A stretch of 64,000 nucleotides of DNA, taken from NCBI RefSeq assembly GCF_036321535.1, contig NC_087472.1:101372001-101436000 (forward strand). The letters run 5' to 3'. The notes under the pieces were generated by a model. That model did no database searches, was not told where the DNA came from, and worked only from the letters and a program-made list of their open reading frames with translations. Position numbers and translations under genes: made by a program. The number at the start of each line of letters is the position of its first letter. Position 1 is the stretch's first letter. This document shows positions 11,474 through 23,869 of the stretch, in pieces. The stretch is from Camelus dromedarius. Taxonomy: Eukaryota.

Positions 11474-12488
11474 TTTGGGGGCTGCTTGGTCAATAAGCTT
11501 ATCACTGTCTTTATCTTAAAAGTCTTCATAGAATATTGTGGTTTGCTCTATTAGCTCTCAGCAGCCCATTCCTGAGCTCGAGGAAGCTTGCCTTCTTCCG
11601 AGCTACCCTATCTTTCTTCGGGGCAAGAGACATTTGCAAATGGTTCCTCTTCTTCTTTTTAACTTCTTTCTTAGTCTTCTTCTTATAGACTGGATTCTCT
11701 TATAAAGCAGCATGAGCTTTCTTATACATATCCTCCACCATGTCTAGAGTTAATGTTGTTCTTTATGTAGTGAGAGAATTGTTTCTTGTAAGCATCTTCA
11801 ATTTCTTCAGTTAGATTATGCGTATCATCTGCAACATTCTGACTCATGATGTGCTTCTGGTGTATTTCTGCGTTGAATTCCTTGCTTTCTGAATCATAAC
11901 CAGGGGATTGTTTGGTACTGTGAGGGATAGACAAGCCTCCATCCACAGCGCCCTTCAGGGTCCCCCAGACTTTGTTTCCAGTAGTAGATCTAGCAAGCCC
12001 TGCATCCAAATGGCAGGTAAAGGCACCTACCTGATTGACCATCAATGGTTTCCATGTTGTGGTTATCTGCGGTCACCTCCACTTGGCCTTCAAAGATCTT
12101 GTCCATGCCAAACTGACTGAGAAGCCTTTGGGCCAGCGGCAGGCCAGTACAGTATCCTGCAGCATAATTTGTCAGGCCAACCTTCACACCGTACTTTGGG
12201 AGTTCCTGTGCATTAGCAGCGCAGACTCATATTCCCTTCTGTGTGAGCGTAAGCGATCTGACAAATGATATCTGTGTTGGTTACATGAACTCATCCTGTA
12301 TTTGGGTGTGTTGTCCTTATTTTTATCTTGGATTACCAAGCATTTCCCAGTGCAGTAATTAATCAGTTTTACTCTCTCATCTTGTAAATTTCACTTGGTA
12401 TCTCTTGAAGTAGGTCTTAATCTTAACAACTTCAACAAACCCCATCCTGTGGAACAGAGACCGTGTCTGCAGCTTGCCAGATCTGCAG
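11474..12488 (-). pseudogene. RPL5: Processed pseudogene of 60S ribosomal protein L5 (uL18); former CDS 11551-12445
   Basis: Minus strand reads ATGGGGTTTGTTGAAGTTGTTAAG (MGFVEVVK) from 12445 and ends GCTGCTGAGAGCTAA (AAES*) at 11551. ORF-track peptides [18 protein letters not shown] and [39 protein letters not shown] match RPL5. No introns; part of the 5' UTR and the 3' UTR are present; in-frame TGA at 12377-12379, several frameshifts, 16-bp TSD. Confidence 0.97.
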
Positions 12489-12504
12489 CCTCCAAAGCCA
12501 CTTT
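12489..12504 (+). repeat. TSD of the RPL5 retrocopy, right copy
   Basis: Identical 16-mer at 11458-11473. Confidence 0.92.
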
Positions 12505-12652
12505 GAACAAATACACAGATACCACAGAGAAGCCAGATGTCTGCTAGCTGATGCAGCCAGACGTGTCAGCCAGCCTACCTCAGACCCCAGAGAACAGTGC
12601 CATGCCACAGCCTAGGACATTCCAGAGCTGCCATTCCTCAGAGACCTTGGAC

Positions 12653-12810
12653 CAGTGCTGGGCAAACCAGTGAGACTTAGCGTCACCTGGGGCACGTGTT
12701 TAAAAGGGAGTTTTAAAAGGCTATACTCCCGAGATGCTGGCTCAGGAGGTCTGGAGTGGGACTGAGGAATATACATTTTAGACCAGACTCCCAGATGATT
12801 CAAAATAAGG
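12653..12810. mobile_element. MER5-family hAT-Charlie MITE
   Basis: cagtgctgggcaaac...tcacctggggcacgtgtttaaaa...ggtctggagtgggactgaggaatatacattttagaccagactcccagatgattc. Confidence 0.6.
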
Positions 12811-13979
12811 TCCAAAATGTCCAAAGAACAGAGGATATGAAGCCTTGTCTATAAACTGGGCAACGAGAGAAGGTATCAGTAGGCCCTAGTTAAAAACACA
12901 GGTAAGGGGATCCTGAAAGTTTAACAGTCCCTTACTCCGGATAAATGTTTCCACCTCCTACCTGCATGCTTGCTTCTTGGGGAAAGGGGACTTTCTGTGA
13001 TGGCTCCCTAGTCCTCCAACAGTCTTTCAAGATAAAGGTGATTTATCTGCATCTGCTCTGTTAAAAGACACCAAGCAAAATGGTAAGCTCTATTGTCAAC
13101 CCCTGGCTTAGAATTCAGGTCATTCCCAGCCTTTGAAGAGGAGACTATAGACACCTTCGTATGAATTGTAAACTCTCTGGAGACCCTTAGTTCCACCCAG
13201 TAATTTTCAATGCTTGGGACAGGCATTGGGACAGGCTTGGGACACTGTTTCATATTTCCAGTCCTTTGCAGTTCCCACAGGCCAATTTTTTTTAACTTCC
13301 CTGGCATTAACACACTTTTGCTGGTCATAAACTTCTCAGGAAGTATGAGTCGAGCTAGAGAAGAATTGCTTCTCAGAATATACAGAAACAGGATCTCCTT
13401 AGTCCTTGGCCATCAATTAGGCTTTTGGAAAGGAACGTAGTAGCTCTTTGAGTTCACCAGGAGATGCTTTGGGACTGTACTTATGCAATAGGAGAAAGGC
13501 AGCTACTTAATAAATCCCAGAAAGGGCTTTCATTTAGCTTCCTCCATCTACTGATTTGATTCTGTTCATTCCATGATTTGCTTCTACATCTGTATTCACT
13601 ATCCAGCATGAGCTCTTTACCTTTGCTTTCCCTTTAATCTGCATCCGTGAATTACCTGCAGATACTCAGATCTCTAAATCATAGCATTAAGGTCATTAAA
13701 TTAGGAATATGTCACTGAAAGTGAACCTCTTAGAGCAGCTCTTCATAACAATTTAAAGGCTCAAAGGCCCAGATGAAAAGTTCGCAAAAGCAGTGGACCC
13801 TCCTCCTGGAAGAGTGCACCTATAGACAACATTTTGCATACAGTTGTGTAGACCCCTCTGGTTAAGAATCTGCAGCTCACACCAAAGAAAAATAATCCCA
13901 ATGAGACAAAAGAGGCTAGGGTGGGAGGAAGAGAAGGGGCAGAACAATGAAGCAGGCGGATCTCAGGGTGAGCAGCCCC

Positions 13980-14420
13980 AGTGTTAGCTGAAGTGACACA
14001 ACACTAGCTGCTGTAACAAATAGCTCTTCAAATTTAAGTGTCTTGATGCATAACAGTCCGTTGTGGTGTTCCTGGTTGACAACTGAGTGACTTTCCCAGA
14101 GCAAATGAGTGATTCAGGGATTCGGGCTTCTTCCACCTTGTAGCTCTGCCATCCCCCAGAGCCTCAGTCCTGTACCCACAGCCAGCAGGAGAAGAAAGAC
14201 CATGGATAAGGTACATATACTTCTTGAAAATCCCAGCCCAGAAGTACTGTCTCTCACTTCCAGTCAAATTTCATTGCTGAGAACTGATTACAGGGCCACA
14301 TCTGGATGGAAACAGGGCTGGAGAATGTGTCCCTGGTCTGGGTAACCATTTCCTAGCAACAACTCTACAACACTGAAAGGAGAGCATAAACTTTTGGTGG
14401 GCAGAAAGCTATGTCTCATC
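13980..14420 (-). mobile_element. MaLR LTR (MLT1J-like)
   Basis: ctagctgctgtaacaaatagctcttcaaatttaagtgtctt; gattcagggattcgggcttcttccaccttgtagctctgccatc. Confidence 0.75.
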
Positions 14421-15388
14421 CTAACCATGGCACGCAAGTAAAATCAGATAACAATAAATAGCAAGGACAGCCTTGAGAGGGAAAAGAAGCCACGAAAAGA
14501 CATTATGAAGCATCACACATGTGTATAATAGGGCAGCTGCGGCTCCACCTTGTTGGTAGCCAATAAGTGAGATTGCAGACAAGTTGTCTTCCAGTCTCAG
14601 AGCTTTCTAGAACCAGATGTTTGGTCGAGCCCCTCCTTCTCTCTAGCTCTATCCTTCCTTCCTCCTACTTCTAAACAAAAGTGCTAGTTTCAGAAGCAAT
14701 TTCCCTTTTATAATACATGCTTCATACCCATCCATCTGAACCAGAATTTGGTTGGTTAATTGAAAAAAAAGATAGTTAAAACAGGGAATCATTGAAAAAA
14801 TGATACATACAATCGTAAATATTTTATATAACTTAAATCGTGTAAATATACATTCATTCACTAAGTTTTTGATATACAGCCAAGTCATTTTCTTTGAATA
14901 TAAATCTGCTGATGGAAGTTGCAGGCTTTCCTTCTCTCATGAGCTGCACCTAAATCTCATTGTGTATGAGATCTAGTTTTGAAAGTGGAGCAAGAATTTA
15001 AGGCACTTGTGAAGCAAGCTCAGTGTATAATCCTCCCAATTTTTAAATGATTTTTCAATCTTTTACAATTGTTTCGCATACACATAATTCAACAGAATTT
15101 TAAACTACCTGCTACTGTTACATCTTTCTAAAAATTTCAACTTTGTTCTCATAGAAACAACTCCTTTTGCATTCATATTTCATCAATTCACATGTATAAA
15201 TTACTTAATTTTAAGAAGTAGTACAACTGGAACAAGTGTCATAAACAGGTTTGGAAGCAAACACAATCAACTCTTGGTAAGTGGGAGCAGAAGTGTATGC
15301 TGTAGGAGTGTGGCTCTGAGCACTCAGGGGGACATGGACCTCAGTCTATGTGTCTTGCAGAGGAAATAAGGAGTCTTGGTTTACTTGG

Positions 15389-15907
15389 TGTGGTCGCCAG
15401 CCTCCAAGGTGGTCGACAATGAGCCTTGCCTTTTGATATTCATACCCTTGTGTAGTCTTCTCCCACAATGAATTCATGGCTGGTCTGTGTGACCAATAGA
15501 ATATGGTAGAAGTGTCGGTTGTGTGACTAGTGAGGGTAGGCCACAAAGAGTTTTGGGACTTCTGCCTTGATGTCTTAAATTCCTTGCTTTCCGAGAAGTC
15601 ATCATGAGGACATTCAAGCAACCCTGTAGAGAGACCCACATGGAAAGGATCTGAAGTCTCCCACCAATAGTCAGCACCAGTTTGCCACCTTGGAAGCAGA
15701 CTGGCCAGCCCCAGTCAAGCCTGTGGATGACTGGAGCCTCAGCCACCATCTGACTGTATTCTTATGAGTGATCCCAAGCCAGAACCATCTGGCCAAGCTG
15801 CTCTTGAATTCCTGATCCACAGAAGTTTTGGAAGATAATGAGTTTTCATTGTTTTAAGCCACTAGGTTTTAGGATGGTTTCTTACACAGCAATAGACAGC
15901 TAGTACA
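15389..15907 (+). mobile_element. MaLR solo LTR (MLT1F-like), near full length
   Basis: Starts tgtggtcgccagcctccaaggtgg and ends ttttaagccactaggttttaggatggtttcttacacagcaatagacagctagtaca (TG...CA ends). Confidence 0.85.
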
Positions 15908-16169
15908 TTTGGCAGAATGATTATCTTTCTGTCATTCAGAGAAGCTTCTGCAATAATAGACTGTCTATCGTGCTGGAAAGCCCTACCTGCTTTTGCTTTT
16001 TGGAGTGGTGGCCACAGACCATGCATGAGATGGTTGATCAGGGATAAGGCCATGATCATGAAGGATAATGAACCATGTGAGGGTAAATCTAGAACTCTTG
16101 GCCTTCTTAGCACCTGACTCAAGTGAGCTAACAAGTTTAGGCTTGATTTAGGGTATGGTCCAATAACGA

Positions 16170-16335
16170 AAGCTTTATTCAAAGTGTAGTTCATGGACCA
16201 GCAGCATTGGCATCACCTGGGAGCTTGCTGAAAGTGTAGCATCTCATGCCCTACCTCAGGCATACTGAAGCAGAATCTGTATTTTTAACAAGATCCCCTG
16301 GGGAAACATATACACTTTAAGGTCTGAGAAGCACT
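16170..16335 (+). mobile_element. MER5A hAT-Charlie MITE
   Basis: caaagtgtagttcatggaccagcagcattggcatcacctgggagcttgctgaaa...aaggtctgagaagcact. Confidence 0.8.
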
Positions 16336-16649
16336 TACTAAAGGATTATTTGGTGACTTGGGAACTGAAGGGAATACATTCTGGATGGATTGCTTCTAGA
16401 AAGGATTTCATTTTCCTGTAAGTAAGATCCTACCCAACAGGAACACTAGAAGCAATTCCTGAATTAGAGGAGATTGGATTCATGTCCTCCAGGATTAACT
16501 TGTTTTCAGCATTCTGTTGGTCTCTTCTGTGATCCTTGTCTCTAATTTCATCGTGTCTTAGATGTCTACAGTACCTGTCCCAGGAGTCCTGAGTTTTACC
16601 ATCTTATTTCTTCCTACCCGTTGCCTCGCTCTGGTTTGCTTTAATAAGG

Positions 16650-17830
16650 CAAATTCATCAAAACTCAGTGATGTTTTCACGCTACTTGAAGGAGTAGATA
16701 TGACTCCAGGGAGAAAAAAAAACACATTTTCTTTTCTGATTGTGGTATACCTAGGACACGTTGCTGTGAAGAGGCTGAGAGGCAGATTGCTGCCTCCTGT
16801 TATTTACATCCTGAGACTCTCCATGGGGTGTGAGACAAGGCACCGTGAGCTGGAAGGCAGGATTTTTAAAGAGCAAACAGGAGGCTGGAGAAGTCATTAA
16901 TTATGTTATCACAAAAAATATTTGGTGCTTCTTCTTAACGTTACAGCTGCCACTGCTGCTGGTAATGTCCTTTTATTTGTCCAGGGGGGTTTGCTCCCAT
17001 TAGATTAGATTAAGTGTCTCATCTAAGGCACAATAACAGATTTGGCCCTGTGCTTTAGCTGCTGGCTGTGGTTGACTGATACCCAAGCTTTTGACTCCCT
17101 GCTGCGTATCTAAGTGGTACAAGCTGCAGTCAATGCATTTAATCTACATAAAAAGAACACAAATTGCACGTTAGCCTTTTTGAGTCCAGTAATCAGGTCC
17201 CCCCCAACTTCTTCCCCTCCTCCGACCCCTGCTCTACTGGACAGTTTGAGGCACACTTGTGTTGCAAAGAAATTTTTTCTGAGTCAGGTGAAAAGTCTTT
17301 TGCATTTTAATTGCACTTGATCTGCTCATTGAATGACCCCTGTAATTTATATATTGTTCATAGTTAGTGCTTTCTGCAGTCCTGCTGTGCAGCTGATAAC
17401 ATAATTCACAGGCACACACCTTGGGCTCTGTGGGTAGTGGCTTGGGTTTTCCGTTCTTTCTGAGTTTGCAAAATTCTTTCGCTAGTCGTTCAGATTCAGG
17501 CTGCTGCGGCTGATGTCAATCACTATCTGCTTATGCAGGTGTAGCGAAAAGGCCACTCAATGAGCCCCCGCCCGCTCCTTTGTTTACATTGAAAGATGGC
17601 CCTTTCCTCGCCAGCCTTCTACGCTGTTTGCAGACCCGCTGGCTCTTTGTGACGCAGCTTCCTCCAAGCTCTCCCTGGATCCTGCTGTGAAAAGAACAGC
17701 AAACACAGGTATTACGCTCTCACAGGCTAACTACAGAGGCAGTGAGATCCAAGACAATCAATAATTATGAAGGTTATAATAAATAGGAAATGCAGACATG
17801 ACTCTTTTTTTTTGGTACATTAGATGGTTA
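16650..17830. promoter_or_regulatory. Candidate conserved non-coding element / enhancer
   Basis: ~1.2 kb with no repeat I can recognise; TAAT/ATTA clusters, CCTTTGTTTAC (SOX/TCF plus forkhead) at 17577-17587, GC box at 17566-17573, retained CpGs at 17450-17720. Confidence 0.4.
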
Positions 17831-18094
17831 GCTTTGGTAACTACAGCCATGCTATTTTTGTGATTTGGAAGATATTCTAAGCATTTAAGGCAAGTCTATG
17901 GGAAATCAAAGTTCAGTTTTTACAAGTTTAGGTGTTTAATCAGTTTATTTGCTTTATAGTCTTATTGAAGCTGTATTCCATACATTCCCCTGTAGGATAA
18001 ATTACGGGGTTGAGTTGGATTATTTTGGCCCATCTCAGATTTTGGTTTAGTGGTTTTGCTCTCAAAAAACTTTAGCGGGTAAGAGATTATTCCC

Positions 18095-18412
18095 TTGCCA
18101 CTTAAAGTATGTCCCATGGTACATCAGCATCATCATCACCTGCGGGGTTCTTCGAAGTGCAGAGTCTCAGCATCCGCATACCAACAAGATCCCCAGGTAG
18201 CTTGCACATCACAGTTTGAGAAGCACCAAGTTAGACAATTGGGTCTCAACCCTATCTGCACATTCAAATCATCCAAAAACCTTTAAAAAATACTAATGCC
18301 TGGACCCCAACACCAGAGGTTCTGATCTAATTGCTTTAGTATAGATCCATGCACTGAGAGTTTTTACAACCTACTCGCATGATCTAACATGCAGCCAAGG
18401 GGGAGAATCACA
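18095..18412. mobile_element. Two adjacent MER5-family MITEs
   Basis: catcagcatcatcatcacctgcgggg...agtttgagaagcacc; then ctggaccccaacaccagaggttctgatctaattg...atgcagccaagggggagaatcac. Confidence 0.7.
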
Positions 18413-20662
18413 GGATTATGCAAAATCTTAGAGAAGGTTTCAAAACAAACAGTTCTAAACCTAAATCAGTGCCCTACAGAAATTTCCCAGACTCCTTGGG
18501 AACCAGCAGGGTTTTCAGTACAATTGAACTTGACAAGTTTCTTCAGTGCCTGTTATGGGTCCATCTCACTACATCCCACAGGTCCATTCGGACAAGCCAT
18601 AAGGCAAAATACCTTGTAGGCAAGACAGAATTTTCCGTAGAGACATCTTTTCTAGCATATGTTTAGCAAACCTTCTGATTTCTTTTATTAGAAGAGAGGC
18701 AGGTGGCCCTTTGGGAAAGAGTTTGGAATGAAAGTCAGAAGACCTGGGTTCAAATTCTTATTTCACCATGAAGCAGTTTGTTATAATGTCTGAGATTTAC
18801 GTTAAAATTCCTCACCAATTATAGAGTGACACTGTGTGCTTCAAAGTTAGGTTAAGCAAAAACCCAGATGTGAATCAAGCATGCACACCCCAGGGTTGGT
18901 CTGTGGGCATTCTCAGCAGAGGGGCCACTCTCCAGAGGCTGCTACTATATCCATTTCTGCTATTGAGATTGCCCACATTTTGCTAATGAGCATAGCAAAT
19001 GTCACAAAGAGGTATTATTGGTGAAATGAATGTCTTGTTAATTAGCATGATGAATGACCTCTCATGGTGAAATCACATGAATTCAAGATATGTGGATCTG
19101 CCCAAATATTTTAGCAATACTCCCTACTCTTATATAAACCAGATAGAAGAACCTAGTGACATCTGTAGCTCTGTACCCTTAGGGATGGCACCCAAGAATT
19201 GAACCCTAAGTAGGCCTTTGCCCAGCTATTGGTTTAGGAGGATTTCTTATTGCCTGATGCTGGTTATAATGGTAACAATCTTGTCATCCTATGTTGGCAT
19301 TGTTGTGTGTGTTTTTGAGTGAAACTTTCAGGCAAGGCGACAGAATGTGGTTTGAGAATTGCTTTCCTTATAACCTTGTCCTGAAGCTGCAGTAGAGTAG
19401 CTATTGCTCACGCATTCCCTCAGACCTCTTCTGTGTTTACCATTAGCTACCAAAAATATTCTAATAGTTGAACATGAACAAATAAGTATGAGTCAGCCAC
19501 AACCCAGTTGTGTGACCTTGCGTCTCACATCTAGTTGCTGTACATCTCTGGGTCTCAGTCATTTTTTTTTTTTAAACCAAGAAGATCATCTTAAAGATTT
19601 TTTTTCTGGCTTAAGATTCTAAATTTAAAAAAATTCTAACATGAGGAAAAGTCAAACAGACCAAGATACTCTAGGCTGCTGTAGAGCTTGCTTTTGTGTC
19701 CCCTACGTCCCCCTGTTGGGCCCCCTCAATTGCAGTCCATACTGTGTGATTCTTTTCAATAATCCCAGGCCCCTGGGAAACTTAGCCCATGCTTGCCATT
19801 CTCTCTGTATGGTCCCAATTAAGTCTGTGGACTGTAAATATGGAATTCTGACGAGGCTCTGAATGTTGCTAAGTTAATAGAAAATTCTGGCAAAAAAGTA
19901 GAGTGGAGGAGATGATACTTTACAATTGTCTCACTTAGCAGGCTCCTTTTATTCTGAGAAACACTGGCAATGGGGTTGTTTCAATTTAACATTTTCCTTC
20001 AAGGAAACCTAGCAGTGGCACTCATCTCCCAGTGCGGCTTAAATGAAGCAGTAAGTCCGATGACGCTGAGGCAAACCCTAGCAACTCCTCCTTGGTGCTT
20101 TGTGGGGTCAGTGAAGCTGTTGCAAGAAGCAGACCCCAATGGTGAGGCTCAATCAGTCACTTGTTCCAGCAAAGGAGGAAGAGCATGTTTAATTGACCCA
20201 CTGGTAGACATTTGTTCTTATTTCATCCTCCTAAACAGCCTTGGTATCTTTCTGTTGTGGCTTCCCAAGGATTCCTGGCGTTGAGCCTTTTATAGCCTCT
20301 TAATGAAGGCATTGTACTATTTGCAGTCAAATCTATGGCATGAAACAAAGAAGGGACTTGACAGAGCTGTTTCCAGCACAGTTATTGAAAATAATCTCAA
20401 CCTATTGGGGCCAAAAATAACTGAGATGGAGACAAAGATCAAGCTAGTGTTGCAATCTTGTGCAATAGCAGCTCCGATGAAAAAATGCTGGGCAGCAAAC
20501 CAATGGAGACAGTTCATCTCAAAGATTTTTCCTTAGAAAAATTCTTCAGGACATCTGGCCCCCAGCTCTGAAGTTTTCCTGTTTTGTGCCATCTAAATGT
20601 TTGTTGGGTTTCAGCTTTGCTGTGTGCTTTCAGTTTTCAAAATGAACTTACCTTTATATCTT

Positions 20663-21938
20663 TTTTTAAAATTTTTTTTATTGATTTATAATCATTTTAC
20701 AATGTGTCAAATTCCAGTGTAGAGCACAATTTTTCAGTTATACATGAACATATATATATTCATTGTCACATTTTTTTCTCTGTGAGCTACCATAAGATCT
20801 TGTGTATATTTCCCTGTGCTATACAGTATAATCTTGTTTACCTGTTCTACAATTTTGAAATCCCATCTATCCCTTCCCACTTTCCGCCCCCTTGGCAACC
20901 ACAAATTTGTATTCTATGTCTATGGGTCTGTTTCTGTTTTATATTTATGCTTTGTTTGTTTTTGTTTTTGTTTTTGTTTTAGATTCCACGTATGAGCGAT
21001 CTCATGTGGTATTTTTCTTTCTCTTTCTGGCTTACTTCACTTAGAATGACATTCTCCAGGAGCACCATGTTGCTGCAAATGGAGTTATGTTGTTGGTTTT
21101 TATGGCTGAGTAGTATTCCATTGTATAAATATACGACATCTTCTTTATCCAGTCATCCGTTGATGGACATTTAGGCTGTCTCCATGTCTTGGCTATTGTA
21201 AATAGTGCTGCTATGAACATTGGGGTGCAGGTGTCTTTTTGAAGTAGGGTTCCTTCTGGATATATGCCCAGGAGCGGGATAACTGGGTCCTATGGTAAGT
21301 CTATTCCTAGTCTTTTGAGGAATCTCCATACTGTTTTCCACAGTGGCTGCACCAAACTGCATTCCCACCAGCAGCGTAGGAGGGTTCCCCTTTCTTCACA
21401 GCCTCTCCAGCATTTGTCATTTGCGGATTTTTGAATGATGGCCATTCTGACTGGTGTGAGGTGATACCTCACTGTAGTTTTGATTTGCATTTCTTTGATA
21501 ATTAGTGATATTGAGCATTTTTTCATGTGCCTGTTGATCATTTGTATGTCTTCCTTGGAGAGTTGCTTGTTTAGGTCTTTTGCTCATTTTTGGATTGGGT
21601 TGTTTGGTTGTTTCTTATTAAGCCGTATGAGTTGCTTACATATTCTGGAGATCAAGCCTTTGTCAGTTTCATTTGCAAAAATTTTGTCCCATTCCGTAGG
21701 TTGTCTTTTTGTTTTACTTATGGTTTCCTTTGCTGTGCAGAAGCTTGTAAGTTTCATTAGGTCCCATTTGTTTATTCTTGTTTTTATTTCTATTGCTTGA
21801 GTAGACTGTTCTAGGAGAACATTTTTGAGATGTATGTCAGATAATGTTTTGCCTATATTTTCTTCTAGGAGGTTTATTGTATCTTGTCTTATGTTTAAGT
21901 TTTTGATCCATTTTGAGTTTATTTTTGTGTATTGTGTA
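20663..21938 (-). mobile_element. 5'-truncated young L1 (ORF2 C-terminus, 3' UTR, polyA), camelid-like; 15-bp TSD at 20648-20662 and 21939-21953
   Basis: ORF 21290-21541 ([31 protein letters not shown]...[26 protein letters not shown]) is the L1 ORF2 CCHC region; T-tract at 20661-20680; ttacctttatatctt on both sides. Confidence 0.95.
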
Positions 21939-22649
21939 TTACCTTTATATCTTAAAAGACAGCAGAAAGTGAACTATCCGTTAAGGGCTTCAAACAGGTT
22001 GTGATTACATATTATTGAACCTGACTGTACTTTAAACAATGGGAATATTAAAATGCAATGTATCAGAAGTCTTGGTTAAAATGTCCATGAGAGATAATCA
22101 GGAGGAGTTGACAGATATTTCTTGCAGGTGATTTTGATTTTTTAAAATCTAGTAATTGGCTACTAAATAAATTCACTTATCTGCAGTTATGTAAAACTAA
22201 AAGGAACACTTAATCCATTTCTTTAAAGGAGTCTAAATATAAAACCCCAGTAATCTTAATATTTTCCCCAAACCAAATGCAATGCTCCTTGAACTCAGGT
22301 CAAAATTTTTTCTTAAACATTTAATAAATATCTACTATATGCCAATTACTGTGCTAGATTAGGAGTATAGCCTCAAAAAAATGTAAGGAGGTACAAATAC
22401 ACATTAGAGAACCACCAGCTACCACCCTGATTTTGAAATCCCATGATCACGCTTTGAGCCATGGGAAGTGCTAATGACAGCCACTCAGTACCCTAAGAGA
22501 GCAGTAGAAATGAGATGCAGATGCAGAGGCCCAGAACTTAGAATGAGGAGGGGTTGGAAGGCCTAGGGGTTCAACTTCTTAATTCACCCCATTCTAATCT
22601 TCACCCCCTTGTCTCTAGTCAGGAATAAGTGAGTCAGTAGGTCATTGCA

Positions 22650-22830
22650 TTGAGTGTCTCAGCCATGGCTGTGCTTCAGAATCGTCTGTAGAACTTTAAA
22701 ATAATACAGATTCCCCACCCCTTGCCCAGATTTCAGAATCAGTATTACTGGGATGGGGCTAGGGATTCCATATTTTTAAAGCATTCCCTTTGCGGTTCTG
22801 ATGCACATCCAGTGTTAAGACTTACTGGAC
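22650..22830. mobile_element. MER5-family MITE
   Basis: ggctgtgcttcagaatcgtctgtagaactttaaaataatacagattcccc...ggttctgatgcacatccagtgttaagacttactg. Confidence 0.7.
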
Positions 22831-23069
22831 ATAGAACCAATGTATCCAGAACACTTTGTGCTAAAGGGCCAGGGGGCTATGAAAGAAATAGCAAGCCAGG
22901 TCCTGGCCTACAAATGATCTATTACAACCAGAGGAGAACTTTAGGGAGAGAATAAGAAAATAACAGAGAAAGTGAGAGGAAAACAAGTAACCCAGAAGGA
23001 AGGCCATGGGACTGTGTGCTCCATTTGCTGTTTTGGGTGTAGGAAGTAGTAGCCAAGCTTTTGTACAAA

Positions 23070-23300
23070 CAGGCTCACCCCTGATATTTGTAAGGCCTGG
23101 AACCAAAGTACAAACGGAAGCCCAAATATATATCTAAATACTTAAAAGTTATAAAGCTAATAAATGGTTATTCACAACATGTCCATGACAAATGTACCTT
23201 TGCAAGACCTGGAAGATCAGGTTTGAATTTAAAGTTATTGGACTCTTGGAGTTCTACACTGGACCATAATGGCAGGAGGAGAGTAAGCCTGGGTCACCAG
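23070..23300. mobile_element. hAT-Tip100-like DNA transposon fragment (right boundary uncertain)
   Basis: caggctcacccctgatatttgtaaggcctggaaccaaagtacaaacggaagccc resembles a Tip100-type terminus. Confidence 0.35.
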
Positions 23301-23869
23301 CCTGTAGCTCACCACCCCCCATCTCTTCCCTCATAGACTCCATCTCCCACTCTAAGGAGCCTTGTGGGCACATGGACCAATGGGCTGCAGTGTCTACCTA
23401 AATTCTATTCATACCTCCCTGCAAACAGCTACCCCTCGGCCTTACCTCTAGTGTATGGTGTTAAAACTGGCTACATAATCTGCCTTTGGGAATAACGACC
23501 CAGGGAAGAAGCCCATGCAGGTTCTGGAAACTGGCTTGAGCCAATTGGTCAGGGAATTCCAAGGTCCCTGTCACATAAACCATGGTCTAGAAAATTTTGA
23601 CCTTGCTGGCTCCTCCTACACTCTGCAGGATGGGGTTCTTTAATAGTCAAGGCCAAGAATAGGGCTCCTCTTGATGGGATAAAAAACTAGCACAGTGTAC
23701 AGGCAGGATGGTAGCTGAGTCCTGCAAACTATATGTTTGGCCCACAGAAGCATAAAAATCATGGTATGGAGAATAGTCCTGGAGAAGAATAAGTTTAAAT
23801 CATTCCCTATCCTTTTTGTCCCAGATGTGGGTTCAAATTGAGATCTGCCAGCCACACCTGTCTCAGGGT

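Noticed and set aside
11551..12445. Functional RPL5 gene or retrogene
   Set aside because: Early in-frame stop, multiple frameshifts, no introns and a flanking TSD.
21171..21800. ORFs as host genes
   Set aside because: They are L1 ORF2 fragments or alternative/antisense frames of the L1.
23621..23640. ctctgcaggatggggttc resembling the RPL5 start region
   Set aside because: Similarity stops after ~15 nt; chance match.
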